DNA from: Entomortierella parvispora E1425
Taxonomy: Eukaryota; Fungi; Mortierellomycota
Length of the DNA stretch: 64,000 nt
Direction of reading: 5' to 3'
NCBI GenBank assembly: GCA_020891255.1
Contig: BQFW01000004.1
Span: 496,001-560,000, forward strand
Part shown: piece by piece, positions 12,531 through 24,500 of the stretch
Position numbering within the stretch: the stretch's first letter is position 1
Layout: every line of letters starts with the position of its first letter
Notes under the pieces: generated by a model
Databases searched by the model: none
Seen by the model: only the letters and a program-made list of their open reading frames with translations
What the model was told of the DNA's origin: nothing
Program-made: the position numbers and the translations under genes

Positions 12531-15500
12531 TTACAACTGGCTGCTACAAGTCTCGTAGTCATCCAGGATGGAGTCCAGAATTTCGCTTGGAAGCTGAGCG
12601 CTGCCCGGCAAGAACGAACCATCGTCCTCGAGGGCGTCAGAAAGCAAATTGGCGGCAGAAACACCGTCGCTGGGTGGGCCTGCAATCAACTTGTCCGCGG
12701 CCACAGTCGCCGCCGCAAAAAGCTTGTCGGAATCCTCCGCTGGCAAACCGGTCCAAGTCACCTTCGCTGTTGGCATCTCCAATTTGATGAGATACCCCAG
12801 TGCTATCAGCACTCCACTGCAAGTCTTCGCTGCGTTTGTACAGTAATTCAAGCCGCCTGCGGCAGGCAACAAATCTCCCAACGCGTTCGTGAGCATTTTA
12901 AGCGCTGCTGGCGGATATCCCACCGCCATAAATTGGGCGTAATTACTCGTGATGATAGATCGAAGCTCTTCAGCAGCAACGCCAATGTCCATCGATGTTG
13001 GTCCTGGACTGCTACTCAGGGCCGCCAACATCGGGTTCTGGTATCCCTTGATGGTCGCTACCAGAGCCACAGTCCTGCTCATGAGCGGTTCTCCGAGTAA
13101 CGTCACAAACTCATCGATTTGGCTAAACGCACTGGTGATCTTGCTCTTGAGCTTTGCAATGTCGGTATCGCATGACAAAGTAGGTGCTGCTGAGGAAGTG
13201 GATGTTGCTGCTGTAGTTGTAGACGCTGCTGCTGAAGTAGGATCTGTCGCTGTAGTAGAGGCTGCTGCTGTGGACATCGCCACCGAGGACGTTGCCTCCG
13301 AGGAAGTTTCTGCTGGCGAAGATCCCTCTGATGAAGATGCTGGTGGGTCAGGCACTGCTGTGTATGACGCCGAAGGAGAAGGTGGATCAGTGGAAGATGC
13401 TGGTGGGTCAGACACTGCTGTGGGTGACGCCGAAGGAGAAGGTGGATCAGTGGAAGATGCTGGTGGGTCAGGCACTGCTGTGGGTGATGCCGAAGGAGAA
13501 GGTGAATCCGTGGAAGATGCCGTTGGGGTGGGCACGGCTGTAGATGGTGCTGCAGGGGAGGATGCTTCCGAGGAAGATGCTACTGGAGTGGCCCCTGCTG
13601 GAGATGACGCCGCAGGGGACGATACCAGAGCAGGTGCTTCTAGGATCAGTGTAGACCCTCCCTCAGGCCTATTGGGTTCTTGGCTTGCTGAAGCTCCTCC
13701 GGTCGTAGATGGTCCTGGATCCGAAGGAGTGGTGCTCTTGCCACCATCTGATGCCGTCGGGGTCGGCTGGACTTCCTTGCCCCCTTTGCACACGCCAGGG
13801 AACTCTGTCCCATCGCACCCATCCGTACACTTCTCTGCAGCCTCAGGCGTACTGCTGGGTCCATCGCAGCTGTACAGTGTGTCTGCATCCAGCCCACATG
13901 ACTTGCCCCAAGCACCTCCACATATCTGACCTGGGTGGACGCACAAACAGATCGGCTCTTGGGTAGGATCACTGTTATCACAAGTGCTGTCGCGTTCCGT
14001 GCTGAGGCATTCCTTCTTGCACAGTTCACCTGCCTCTGGTAGCTCGCCGACCTTGGCACAAGTGTATAGACCCGCAAAGTCGTAGTTGCAATCACCGGGA
14101 TACTTGCTACCACATACAACTCCCGTCTTGGTGCACGCACAGGGATTTTCGTTGACGCTGCACACGCTGGCTCCGCCCTCCTCATCGACACATCCCAACT
14201 TGCAGTTCTCGCCTGGAAGAGGGTCCTCTCCTGCTCTCTCGCACACCTGGATCTGGCTCTTGAAGTATCCACAGGCCTTGTCAAAGCTACTGCCGCAATA
14301 ATTGCCTTTGCCAGTACAGCGACAGTCGAGTCTTTCCGAGCAGGTGTCGGATCCAACATTCACCGTGCATCCCTTGTCGCAAGTCTTGACCGCCTCTGGC
14401 TGCAACAATTGAAAAGAGCAGTGGTACAGCTTGTTCTTGTCGTACCCACAGCCCTCACTCCAACTTGAGCCACAAACATCTGCACTCGACTCTTTACAGC
14501 TGCAATCCTCCAAGCAGATATCGTCAACATCCTCTACTGACATGCCTTCGTCAGACTCCAAGTTTTCAATAGACGAGGTACAGCCTCCTGGACATAGTAT
14601 GATATCATCAGGGTCCTCGGATGGCTTTTCGCCAGCAACACAGCTCAACAGCGCCTTGCTGTTAAAGCCACAAACGGCAGGGAAGTGCTTGCCACAGATG
14701 GTGCCATCTGAGGGACAGGCACATTCTGTGGAGGCACATGTCGCTCCATCATCGAGTGCAACACAGGCTTGTTCAGAAGAGCAAGATATCACCGGCTTCG
14801 GCTTACCCTTATTTGAGCACTCGTACACACTGTTCTTTTCCAGTCCACAGGCTGGCGAAAAGTCGGATGAACAGAACGTCTTGCCATCAGCTTTACAGCT
14901 ACAGTGAGGAGTTCCACAGCTGGCCTCGCGGTCCTCTGAGAGACAGACAGAGCCACTGGGACAGATCGATGTCATCTTGGGTGTGTTCTTGCCAGGGGTC
15001 ATGGAATCTCCTGTGCAGTCGTAGACGGCATTGGGTCCGTTCTGGAGAATGAGATCAGAGCACCGCTCGGCATCGAGATCCGCGGTACAGAATGTTCCCT
15101 TGCCAGGACAGATGCAGGTATCATAGGGAGTCACTCCAAGGCAGCGAGAGGTCTTTTCTTTGGGATCAAAAATGCACGCTGTACCAGCGCTGCATTGGTT
15201 CACCTTCATTGGTTTGGTGTCCTTGCCTGCACTGCAGTCATACAGATACATGGGATCAGCCTTGCAGCCCTTGTCCAACATGTTGCCGCAATAAAGACCT
15301 TCATCTGGGCACCTGCATCCCTGCGACACCACACCATCGCTGACACACTCTGAGTGACCAGATATTGCATTTCGTTTGCAGCCATACAGACAGGTCTGGA
15401 TCTTGGTAGGAATAGGTCCCGCACTGCATTCATAGACCGTGTTTTGATCATAGTAGCACTCAAAGTCGAAAGACGATCCGCATCGTTGGGTGATCTGTGA

Positions 15501-17860
15501 TATGAGAACATGAGAGTAGAATGTCAATCTTCCTGTTGTTCGCCTCATGTTTTTTTTTGTTGTTGTTTTCATTGTTTTAGTTTTTTTTTTTTTTTCTATT
15601 CGTCTCAAACTGATGGGCCATCCCCTTACCGTGGTGTTGTCAAAGCAAAGACATTTCTTGGGGATAGGACTGCAGATATCATCCTTGCCTCCTGGTGCTG
15701 GTTGGCATCCTGCTGGAAGGCATTGGTGCTTTCGAAGTGGCACAGAGCCCTTCTTGCATTGGTAGAGCCCTGTCTCCTCCCATCCGCAGGTGTAAACCCA
15801 GTTAGAACCACACACATCACCATCACGCGTGCAGAGGCACTCCTTGGGGACTTTGTCGATGGGCTCACAGGTGGCAGAACCGTCTTCACTCGCATATGTA
15901 CAGATCGACTCTGCACCGCACCGTGTCTTGATCTCCGCCGACTTGTTGTTTCCACTGGGACAGTGATAGACGGCGCCCAGAATAATCTCTCCTCCCAGTG
16001 CAGAAGCACATTCCTCTTGGAAATCAAATCCACACATCTCCTTATAATAGCGGCATCCGCATGGGTTTTCATGGGGTTGAATCTCGCAGGTGCCTTTGTG
16101 ATCCTCAGCATGGCACAGGGCATTCGCACCACATTTTCCCTTGAGCTCTGGCTTGGATCCTTTGCCTGCACACTCGTATGCAGAGTTGGGAGTGCGACCG
16201 CATCGAGGGTTGGGACCAGTACAGAAGGGCTGGTCATTGACACATGGACAAGGATCCGTTTCACCAGGTTCCATACATAAATCAGGCTGGCCCTCTCTGG
16301 TAGCGCATCCTTCAACACAACTCTTGCGCTTGATGGGCTCACCACCCTTGGTGGGACATTGGTAGAGGGTGTTTGCATCCTTGGAGCATGACTTGTCGAA
16401 GGCCGATCCACACACCTAGTTGCAAGGAAGATATAAAGATCATTAGACCTGATACATGAACGTCGACGAAACAATGGCTCCACAAGACAATCTACCTACA
16501 TCATCAGTACCCTTGCAGGCACAAGGATCTACTGGACGAACGCTGCAGGCATCATTCGAGCATCCATTTGAGCAACCCTGAGAAGCACTAGGTGCTTGAC
16601 CCCTTGTACATGTGTACAGGCTGTCTTTAGCAAAGTTACATACACCTGGGAAGCTTGATCCACAGGCTTTTCCATTGGTCTTGCAAACACACGTGCTCTC
16701 CACAGGGGGATCGGTGGGTTGAGGATTGGAGGTGGTGGGGTTCGCAGTTGGAGGTGGCACAGGCGGGGTCGCTACAAGGGGACCCCGTGTCGGGTCTGCA
16801 CCTGTCGGAGTGCTCTTACCCCCGTCACCACCTTCGGTTTTGCGGTCGCCATTGTCGCCAGCGATGCTAGTCGGCTCTAGAGGGCCATCAGTGGGAACAG
16901 GGGAACCAGGACCACCAGTTGCAATGCCATTGTCACCAGTAGTCGTGGCTGGGCCAACGATCGGCGCATCAGTGGGCACTCCCGTGGGCACACCATAAGG
17001 AGTCTTTACTGCAATCTCTAGGCCAACGGTGGGTTTGACCGATGGTGGAGCTGTGGGCACACCAGAAGGAGCCTTAACTGCAATCTCTAGGCCAACGGTG
17101 GGTTTGACCGATGGTGGAGCTGTGGGCACACCAGAAGGCGCCCTATCTGCAATCTCTGGACCGGCGGTGGGTTTGACCGATGGTGGTGATGTGAGTAAAG
17201 CTATGGTCTTGTCATCGCCACCTCCACAGGATCCATTGTTGCAGCCATTCGCACACGTCTTCACGAAAGTAGGCTTGTCTCCCTGTTGAGAGCAGGTGTA
17301 CACGGCCGAAAGGATAAAGTTGCATCCAGAGAGGTTGCTACCACAGAGCGTGCCACTGCCTACACAGAGGCCAGCCCAAGGATGCTTCTCCTTCTTGCCA
17401 CCCTTCTTGGCCTTCTTCTTCTTGCCATGATGGGATCCCTTCTTGTGTTTGTTGTGTTTCTTGACAGGGACATGCTCAGAGTCGAAACTGTCGTCGTCAG
17501 AGTCTCCATCTTCGAAGTCGGCAGTGTCGTCGTCGTCTCCGTCCTCTGTCTTGTCGTCGTCTCCGTCCTCTGTCTCGTCGTCGTCGACATCATCGAAATC
17601 AGCGTCCTCATCCGATCCGAGAGCCTCGGTGACGGGGGGTCTCGACGACAGCACATTCAGTCGGGAGATTGTAACAGGGTTGTTCCATGTTGATGATCTG
17701 GACCTTCAGCTCACCATCGCTTTGGTTCTTGAGGCATTGGTTCGGCTTTTGGAAGATAGAGCCGTCCGGGGAAACGACCTTGGGAGCGCGACAGATGATG
17801 CTGTCAATCACAACACGCTCGCACACCAAATCGAGGGTGCCAGGGCAGGTCAAATCAAGA
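12531..17860 (-). CDS. Large cysteine-rich repeat protein (~15 eight-Cys modules, acidic/His-Lys and Pro/Ser/Thr linkers, helical C-terminal domain), probably secreted; 5' end missing here
   Basis: ORFs 12531-16415 and 16443-17654; introns 15495-15629 and 16416-16499. Module CxC-x6/7-CG-x6-C-x7-Y-x-C-x12-C-x3-C-x9-C is repeated ~15 times. Codon-biased frame continues upstream to ~17860 across a +1 shift in the G6 run at 17634-17639. No start or signal peptide next to it. Confidence 0.75.
13333..13520. repeat. 60-bp coding tandem repeat (~3 copies; SPSASPTAVPDPPASSTDPP)
   Basis: Near-identical units gaagatgctggtgggtcagg/acactgctgtg...cgaaggagaaggtg with 60-nt period. Confidence 0.9.
16984..17187. 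repeat. 69-bp coding tandem repeat (~3 copies; PSGVPTAPPSVKPTVGLEIAVKA)
   Basis: Repeated gtgggtttgaccgatggtggagctgtgggcacaccagaagg with 69-nt period. Confidence 0.88.
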
Positions 17861-18060
17861 AAGAAATGGATCGACGGTTGTTCGAATTTATTGTGCCTTT
17901 CGAGAAAAAGTACAAAGAAAAATATTAGTTATTCTGTGGCCAATTTTGATTTGATGTGAGCAGCAATGCATTTGAGCTTAGAATACTTACATAATTTGAG
18001 CTGAGACTCAATTCCTGCATGGCACCTGCTTCGGTGCATGAGGACTGTGATGGTTCCCCA
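17860..18060 (-). ncRNA. Candidate Fanzor omegaRNA (scaffold plus guide) overlapping the 3' tail of the Fanzor ORF
   Basis: Position matches TnpB/Fanzor omegaRNAs (established knowledge). Bulged 12-bp stem-loop TCCT-CAT-GCACC-[GAAGCA]-GGTGC-c-ATG-c-AGGA at 18013-18044, a small TTGAG..CTCAA hairpin and a duplicated AGCTCAAAT just downstream. No expression evidence. Confidence 0.25.
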
Positions 18061-21000
18061 GTCGAAGTCGATCTGGTGTTGGAAGAAAGCGACCAGGTGG
18101 GTCGCTTTGGGTCAAAGGGTGGCAGCGTGGCTCGGTCCTCTGGGTCCGATGTGACGAGAACATAGCCCGCCAATGCAATGTTGACCGCGGCATTTGTGTC
18201 GCGTCCTCGTTGGGTGTATCCCACCTTGTACGATTCGCAGTCAGGGTTGGTGCATTCGATAGCACCGTGGACACGAACCAATCTCGTCTCCCCCATCCTT
18301 CTTTCTCCGTGCTCGCGCTAAACGGACCAACTGGAAACAAAATGGACAAGTTTGTGACGACTTGTGCTCGGGGGTCTTCGCGACTGGGGTGTACCTCATG
18401 TGCCTCTCCGGCACCTTATTCCCCCCCATTTTCGAGTGCCCCTTCAATCGTGACCCTACACCCATACCTGCATCACCGTGTAGCATGAGCGGAATCACAA
18501 CTGGTCTCGACTTTGGGCAAGTTTCGAGGTGTTGGAGGGACATCCGTGGCCTCTCCGGGCTTGTTCGATCTAGCGTAGGTTCAGGTCGGTGATGTATACC
18601 ACACTTGAGGCAAAATCCGTTGGTCTGAAGTCGGGGCGGGGCCGTTATCAGCAAAGAAGATATTAGCGGAGACTGCAATGATGATGGTGGCGAGGATGCA
18701 TCTGCAGTAACTAGACGGGCGAAGAAAAAAAAATCCAATCAATCTACAGCTCTGTGACATTTGGCTAGCCCCTTTTCATTTTCTGTCAACTTACTGTTGG
18801 CCTGTCGGCTGAACGCTTTCCTCTCCTTCGCCGCAATACGATCATAAGCGCGCCTTAGTTGTAGTTCTTTGTAGTGTCGGAGATTCTGCATCTTCTTGCT
18901 GTTTTCGAATATTCGAAGGTCTTTCCGTACCCTTCGTCGCAGCTCCTGGGCCTCCTCAATGGCATGTGAGGTGCTTGCTCGTGTGATGGAAGTATCAGCA
19001 AGCTTGGTGTATACTTCGGATATCGTCTCCGGCCCGGCCATCCCTGGGATTGTCGTTTCGGTGACCATCTTTGATCGTACTTGGGACTGTCTAGTCAACC
19101 CTCCATGATGTCGGATATTTGACGCTTTGGTCTGATGTGCCGCGGGAAACCTCATCTGCTGAAGAGTAGCAGGAACATAGTCGGGCGGCTCAGGTTCAAT
19201 ACCCGCCAAGACATCAAACCTGTTCTTCATAGAGATGAGGGTGCTCTCGGGAACGGGGACAGTGTTGAAGAGGACGTGTGCCCCTGGATCCGTGCCTCCT
19301 GGCATCAATACCATCTGTCTATTGGTGGGATCCAAGTTGTTGTCCTCAATTTCTGCCACCAACCGCTTGATATTTATCGACTCTGCCTTGTCGAGGCAAC
19401 CAAGTCGACGGATTGTGGGATTTGAGGAGAATGGGCCGGCAGGAACAGAGGAGGATGAATTGACAGGGGCCGAGGAGGAAGAACCGGCAGGGACCGCGGA
19501 AGACGAGCTGGCAGGGGAGCTGGCAGGTGCTGAAGAGGCCGATGACGACGAGGATGTTGTGGAGGAGTAGTATTTGTTATGATCGTACTTCTTTTGTCGT
19601 AGGTCTTTGATTTCCGCCCGCATGCGCAATATTTCACGTTGAACATCATGAAAATCATTACGCATTTTCTGCATGTTGGTCTTAAATTGGTCGGTCACCG
19701 ATACTCGAGCATCCTGAAAATTGGACTTCAGGGTCTTGAGTTGCTTCTCAAGATTAGCTGCTTTTCTGTTTCGTCCTTGAAGGGCCTTTTCCTTTACTTT
19801 GATAGTATCGGTAAGGTCGTCTGCGATCTTTTTTGCCTGTGGCTTCGTCATTCCCTCCTTTTCTAGTTCCTGCTGCCTCAGTTGGTTGTAAGAAGGCTCC
19901 CGCTGCTTTTTCGATTTCTTCGTCTTAAGCCTCTTTTCCTTGAACAGGTTCTTTGGGGCATCTTTTCGAATCCCATGTCCCATAATTCGTACAGTGTTTT
20001 TGTCGACAAACAGAAGCCTGTCGTGCACAAAGTGAAATGTTATGTGTTATGGTCATGTTCTTGGTAATGTTCGAATACAATGTCATTCACTCTTGGCACA
20101 TTCCCTCTTACCGATCAGCAAATACAAGCCCGTATTTTTGGCAGATGGAATGGATAACACTCATATCGAAGAAGGCGCTGAATATGACGGGTGCGTTTTT
20201 TACTCCAAGTGCCTGAGTTGAACACAAGGTTCCTTCGGCATCGAAAACATCAAAATGCTCCTTCTTTGATGAACAAAGCGCCTCCCGAATCCCTGTTGAT
20301 CCCAATGGGAGTGGATGAAGTTTTCCTGCAGACGATATCGGATAGAGCTTCCTCGTAAAATCGCCAAACCCCATCGCATGCAGTAGATGATTCGCCAAGT
20401 AAGCAAACGGCCCTGTCGCTAGGACATGTCGAGGGATGGTGCCTGATGTGGGCTTTGGTGTAAAGGGTCTAAGTGCATTGATGATTTTCACCGCTGCATC
20501 GACCTCGTTCTCCTTAAACGTGTGGCTGTCGAAGAGATGTTGTCGTACAATGTCCTTTGTGACCAACCCCGACAACTCGCCGATATCAAGTAATTTGCAG
20601 ATCACTGTTTCCAAACCGCGGAGGTGCTTCGAGGTTGGCTCCGCTTTCCGCATTAACTCTAAAACAGGAATCATGTACAAGTCAGACACCACATAGTTTA
20701 AATACACAATGTCGGGGATTGGTATGACCTTACCTTTTTCAGCGGCCGCTGCATGGCAAGGGTCAGAGGTCGCATTCTCACTACCCCCTTTCACCTCCTC
20801 CTCTTTGGCCTCTTCCTCCAGAGCCTCTCGGAAACCGTCGTCCTCATCCATCTCCTCATCGTCATAGTCGCCATCGTCACCCAACATAACCTCCTGGTGA
20901 TCGACATCATCGGTAGAGCCCTGAGACTGTGTGCTGGCTATGTTGATGAGACGGAGCAATCTTTGGACACGGTCGACACGCGAATACAATGGTTCATTGT

Positions 21001-23356
21001 CCGTCGGATCCGTGAGAATCAAAGTTGATCCAGACCACTCATTGGTGCATTTGCGAACGGTCCGATCCAACTGATCCAATAAAGAGAAAAGTTTTTTCCT
21101 TCTTCTTGACTCCACCCGATTTCTGGGCTTTCGAGCGGCCTTACTGTGCATTTTTTTTTCAGCCCATTTCTTTTTGTTTTGACGGTATCGCTCTTCGCCA
21201 AGGGGTCGCAAGTGAATTCTCACGAGATATCGAACCACTGCCCTTTTTATATCGCCGTAGATATTTCCGTTCCAGATATTGGCAATGTCGGTTGCAGCCG
21301 TTCTCAGCAGAGTGTTCAGTGTCTGCGATAATCCTGCTGGACATTCGGCGTTTTCTCGGAAGTTGTCGTCATCACTGGCTGTCTTTTGGATACACTCGAC
21401 CAACGTTGTCCAATCTGCGTGATTGTTCTCCTTCTCCGTCTTTCGCTTTTTCTCTGCCGGCTCCGAGTCCCTGTCTGGAGGAAGAAGCTTCTTGGCGAGG
21501 AAACCCAAGAAGTTCTGGCTGAAAAGATCGCGTAGATCAGGCACCACGTCGGCGTTCTTGTCCTCGGACTTTGTGATTTTCTTCAGGAGGTCGTGAGAGA
21601 CCTTGGCAACCCTGACCACGGGATCTTTCTGAAGTTTAGGATCGCGGATCTGGAAGCCGGCAGGTAGAATGCCTGTGATATCTACATCCTCCCAGTCGTC
21701 ACTCAAACAGCCCCTAAATACCTGTAGTGGAAACAATGCTCAAAATGTTAGCAAGAGATTGATCGTGATATTGAAAACAAAACCGTTCGTCACAGAGCTT
21801 ACCTCCACATGTGCCTTCATACATGCCGCCTGCACCTCTTCCATGTGGTCCGATAGAAGCGTCTGACTCTCACCGAGTAGATCGATGATTGCTTCCTTCG
21901 TATCGGCGTCAAACTCTTTGCGTAGGATCCTCTTTATAGGCAGATCGCACACACGAATCAGGGTCTCCTTGTCTAGGTCGTCCTCTTTCATTCTCGGCTC
22001 GACCTCGTTGGCGCTGCATTTCTCCTTCCTTTCGACAGCGTCACGCCAAAACACCTCGAAGTTGTCATTTACAAACACTTTGAAGATCTCCAACTGTCGA
22101 TCGTCAAGTTTGTCCACAAAGTCCTTGACTGATATGCTGCCTTGTGGTCTTCTCAGATTTTGCTCCAAATCTCTAATTGCGTCTTGAAGAACATTCTGTG
22201 GTAATCGGGTTCGAGTAGATTCCTTTTCCAGCAGGCTGGCTCGGGAGGCTTCCATTATATCTGCATCATCGACTTTTCTTTTTTTCTCTTGCTGGTCTTC
22301 CGGTCATCAATTTTTTTGACGGCCACCTCAACACCGCCTTTCACCACTTTCCTCAAGTGCCATGTACTATATGCATGACAAATATGATGTTAGGGGCCTG
22401 GGAATCGTTCAATAGGTTCATTTCCCTATACCAGTAAATACTTACCACTTTCCGAGGAAGCACCTTTCTGCATCCTCAAGATCAAATCCAATCTTGTCTT
22501 TTCTGTAGGTTTGGTGTCTTGCTCCAGGACAATACTTTGCAAGTGGTGTTCCTTGCGTCGACGGTAGACCGGCTGACAGGGCGGTGACTGGTGGTGCGAC
22601 AACCGGGGACACAAATACGGATAGCGGGGAGACTGATGGAGCGGAGGTTTCTGGTGCAAGGATTGATGGCGTAGAGACCGATGGCAGTAGCGATTGGATT
22701 ACCTGCGGCGCAACATTTGAGACAACTAGTGGGCAGTAGGTCCGCATATGTTCAAAGGAATCAGCGACGTGCACTAGTGCGACGATAGGCGCGAGAAATG
22801 GCTCTATGACAAGAGTAGAGGCGCGCGTGGAGACGACAACGATCTTGACTTGCAAAAGATGAGCGAGCCTGCGCATAAGGAGCGTTGAAGGCGTCAGGCT
22901 GATAAAGTCATCGGCAGCGGAGTCTTTGAAGCCAAAAGCAGTTTGTCGGGTGCGGTTCATAACGTCAGCAACAAGGGCGGAGAGGGTCTTATTGCACTCG
23001 TCGATGACGAGCCCAAAACGCTGTTGAAGGACCTTCAGAGTCTTTTGAACATTTTCCGCCCCTGGAAGAGCGTTGCTTTGATCACGTAAGAGAAAGTCCA
23101 CGCGTTGCTGCAACAACAGTGCTCCCTCTTGAGTCTGCTCGGACAATCGGCTATTTGCCTCCTCTACAAAATCATCATCATCGATGAACGAAATTGTCGT
23201 CTGAAAAGGGGAACATGAGTACTGTGTGGGCTCGCTGACGATAAGAGCAGACAGTCCAAAGTAAGAGGCATCCAGTACCTTTTTCGAAGAGGCGCCAGAA
23301 ACATCCAGCAAGTGAATCTCCATGTCCATGTCCATGGAATCTTGGCTGCTCGACAT
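17888..23356 (-). CDS. Fanzor (eukaryotic TnpB-like RNA-guided RuvC nuclease), Fanzor1-like, ~1,640 aa, intron-containing; two single-base homopolymer frameshifts
   Basis: Exons 23356-22446, 22366-21803, 21721-20112 (probable internal 75-nt intron 20659-20733), 20017-18748, 18624-17991/17925 keep phase once the indels at T7 22279-22285 and C5 18290-18294 are corrected. RuvC-I GGTDPG (D at 19288-19290); GDAGMGVGSRLKGH; RuvC-II TPEHKSSQTCPFC (E at 18367-18369); Zn ribbon CPFC...CTNPDC; RuvC-III RDTNAAVNI (D at 18198-18200). Confidence 0.85.
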
Positions 23357-23407
23357 TGCTTCTTAGCCAATGTCCATAAACTTGGAGATTAGGGACGGGT
23401 ATGGAGA

Positions 23408-23531
23408 GGATGTTAGAATGCCGAGAGGATGTTAGGGGTGCAGGAAGGATGTTAGGGCGCAGAGGGGATGTTAGGGTGCAGAAAGGATGTTAGGGTGCAG
23501 AGGGGATGTTAGGGGCGCAGAGAGGATGTTG
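23408..23531. repeat. 19-20 bp minisatellite (~6.5 copies, GGATGTTAGGG(T/C)GCAGAGG) just upstream of the Fanzor start
   Basis: Read directly. Most units contain TTAGGG; on the - strand each contains CCTAAC. Confidence 0.9.
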
Positions 23532-23624
23532 AGGTGGGCGAAGAGAGGAAAGAGACGCGCGACCGCGGTTCGTGGCTCTCTGGCTGCTGGCCAATCATCT
23601 ATTCGCATCCTTCACGTATTCGCA

Positions 23625-23634
23625 TTGTCACGTG
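23625..23634. promoter_or_regulatory. GTCACGTG E-box ~270 bp upstream of the Fanzor ATG
   Basis: ttgtcacgtg; the same motif lies upstream of two other TE-borne genes. Function is inferred. Confidence 0.3.
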
Positions 23635-23759
23635 GAATTAGCCGAGACTCGGCAGAGATGTCGAATCAGATGGTCTTCCAGAGAACATTGAATCTTCGGA
23701 AGCTACCCTCTCCTGCTGTTCACAATCGGAAAATCGGCGATTTATCTGACCCGCCACCA

Positions 23760-24500
23760 TGGCAGCACAAATGAATGTGAGATTCCTACCATCAAATTTG
23801 TGCGCACATTCGAGAGTCCGACTCGCCCACCTGGTGTGCGCTGACCGGCCGATGCCAAACCAAATGTCAAACTGTCCAAACACTCCCCGGCTAATCTCTT
23901 CCAGATCTTGGAGGAGGACAACTATGAAGAAGCTACTGAAAGAGCATGGCGCATGGAGCGGAAGCATGGAGTAAGTTTACATTGTTGTCCATATGTTCGC
24001 TTATTTGACTTACCCCGAAACTCGTGCCTCAGGAAACAGCGGTGGTTCAGGATCGACAATCCAGCGAGCAACAGCATCACGCAAAGCGGCAGCGGTTCAG
24101 AGGATATAATAGACAGTTGAGAATGGACAGATACAACCTCTAGGATCCATTACAAAGATTTTGTTTACGCAGAGACCTGCCCAATATGCTCGATTGCCTG
24201 ATCCAGAGGAGCCTTTAGAGATCCCAACAACCGCCACTTTCGTTCAAGCACAGCACTTGGTTCACAAATAGCGCAGGAAGATAGACGGTGATGGACTCAA
24301 GAAAAAACAGATGGAGCTCAATTCAAACGGATTCGATTAAAGCCAGAGGACTTATCTCTTCTTGTGGATGTGGAGAGCCTACGGACGACTCTTAACCTCT
24401 CATAGCATGGCTTGAATGGCCTTGTCCATCTACAACAGGCCGCTCTCCCTCGCCCGCTAGAGAATATGGAAGATATCAATCGTGTAGATTTTGATTGACA
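23760..24500 (+). pseudogene. Decayed spliced ORF of unknown family, convergent with the Tc1 transposase
   Basis: Protein-like stretches ILEEDNYEEATERAWRMERKHG|ETAVVQDRQ joined by GTAAGT(23971)..CAG(24032), followed by frames interrupted by TAG/TGA stops and shifts. Confidence 0.3.

Noticed and set aside
23408-23531. Repeat array as a CRISPR array or true telomere
   Set aside because: No unique spacers between repeats and no cas genes; TTAGGG is embedded in a 19-20-bp unit in an interstitial position.
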